In this document: piece after piece, positions 62,901-64,000 of the stretch
How positions within the stretch are numbered: position 1 is the first letter of the stretch
Layout: each line of letters begins with the position of its first letter
Assembly: GCA_964016885.1 (NCBI GenBank)
Contig: OZ024743.1
Span: forward strand, 332,382,001 to 332,446,000
Direction of reading: 5' to 3'
DNA from: Eledone cirrhosa
Taxonomy: Eukaryota
DNA length: 64,000 nucleotides
The notes under the pieces: generated by a model
What the model was told of the DNA's origin: nothing
Database searches by the model: none
Seen by the model: the letters and a program-made list of their open reading frames with translations, nothing else
Position numbers and translations under genes: made by a program

Positions 62901-64000
62901 AGCACTGTCCCAGATGTGGGAGCAGTACTGTAATGTGGTCTAACATAACAGTGTTGTGTCTAACAGCAACGCTGTCCCAGATGTGGGTGCAGTACTGTAA
63001 TGTGGTCTAACATAACAGTGTCGTGTGTAACAGCAACACTGTCCCAGATGTGGGAGCAGTACTGTAATGGGGTCTAACATAACAGTGTTGTGTCTAACAG
63101 CAACACTGTCCCAGATGTGGGAGCAGTACTGTAATGTGGTCTAACATAACAGTGTCGTGTGTAACAGCAACCCTGTCCCAGATGTGGGAGCAGTACTGTA
63201 ATGTGGTCTAACATATCTGTGTTGTGTCTAACAGCAGCACTGTCCCAGATGTGGGAGCAGTACTGTAATGTGGTCTAACATAACAGTGTTGTGTCTAACA
63301 GCAACGCTGTCCCAGATGTGGGTGCAGTACTGTAATGTGGTCTAACATAACAGTGTCGTGTGTAACAGCAACACTGTCCCAGATGTGGGAGCAGTACTGT
63401 AATGTGGTCTAACATATCTGTGTCGTGTGTAACAACAACACTGTCCCAGATGTGGGAGCAGTACTGTAATGTGGTCTAACATATCTGTGTTGTGTCTAAC
63501 AGCAACACTGTCCCAGATGTGGGAGCAGTACTGTAATGTGGTCTAACATATCTATGTCTTGTGTAACAACAACACTGTCCCAGATGTGGGAGCAGTACTG
63601 TAATGTGGTCTAACATATCTGTGTCGTGTGTAACAGCAACACTGTCCCAGATGTGGGAGCAGTACTGTAATGTGGTCTAACATAACAGTGTTGTGTCTAA
63701 CAGCAACACTGTCCCAGATGTGCGAGCAGTACTGTAATGTGGTCTAACATAACAGTGTCGTGTGTAACAACAACACTGTCCCAGATGTGGGAGCAGTACT
63801 GTAATGTGGTCTAACATAACAGTGTTGTGTCTAACAGCAACACTGTCCCTGATGTGCGAGCAGTACTGTAATGTGGTCTAACATATCTGTGTCGTGTGTA
63901 ACAGTAACACTGTCCCAGATGTGGGAGCAGTACTGTAATGTGGTCTAACATATCTGTGTCGTGTGTAACAACAACACTGTCCCAGATGTGGGAGCAGTAC
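20921..64000. repeat. 67-bp satellite DNA array, about 640 head-to-tail monomers, runs off the window end
   Basis: Monomer tgtggtctaacataacagtgtcgtgtgtaacagcaacactgtcccagatgtgggagcagtactgtaa (e.g. starts at 21861 and 21928); 43,080 bp / 67 is about 643. Confidence 0.99.

Noticed and set aside
20921-64000. CRISPR-like array (constant repeat + variable spacer)
   Set aside because: The variable part is a few point variants of one sequence, not unique spacers; the context is eukaryotic and there are no cas genes

Overview
Eukaryotic, repeat-dominated DNA with no confidently supported host protein-coding gene. The SINE types and the dense (TA)n/(CA)n tracts suggest a mollusc, probably an octopus-like cephalopod (inference only). 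Bases 1-20.9 kb are a mosaic of microsatellites, minisatellites and mobile-element remnants: tRNA-derived SINEs (two with clear target-site duplications), RTE-clade LINE pieces, a non-autonomous Helitron, a deleted mariner and a degenerate Penelope-like (PLE) GIY-YIG fragment. Several small inserts sit in (TA)n tracts with tandem or inverted architecture typical of PLE pseudo-LTRs. Two of them carry complete-looking type I hammerhead ribozymes (512-601 +, with a U3-A8 core variant; 12891-12961 -). A four-copy family carries only the 3' half of a hammerhead, and in two copies it is duplicated as a 55-bp fold-back. Bases 20.9-64 kb are one head-to-tail 67-bp satellite (about 640 monomers) with combinatorial variants, higher-order duplications of 5-74 monomers and layered variant domains. 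All structures were read by eye; no searches or folding programs were run.
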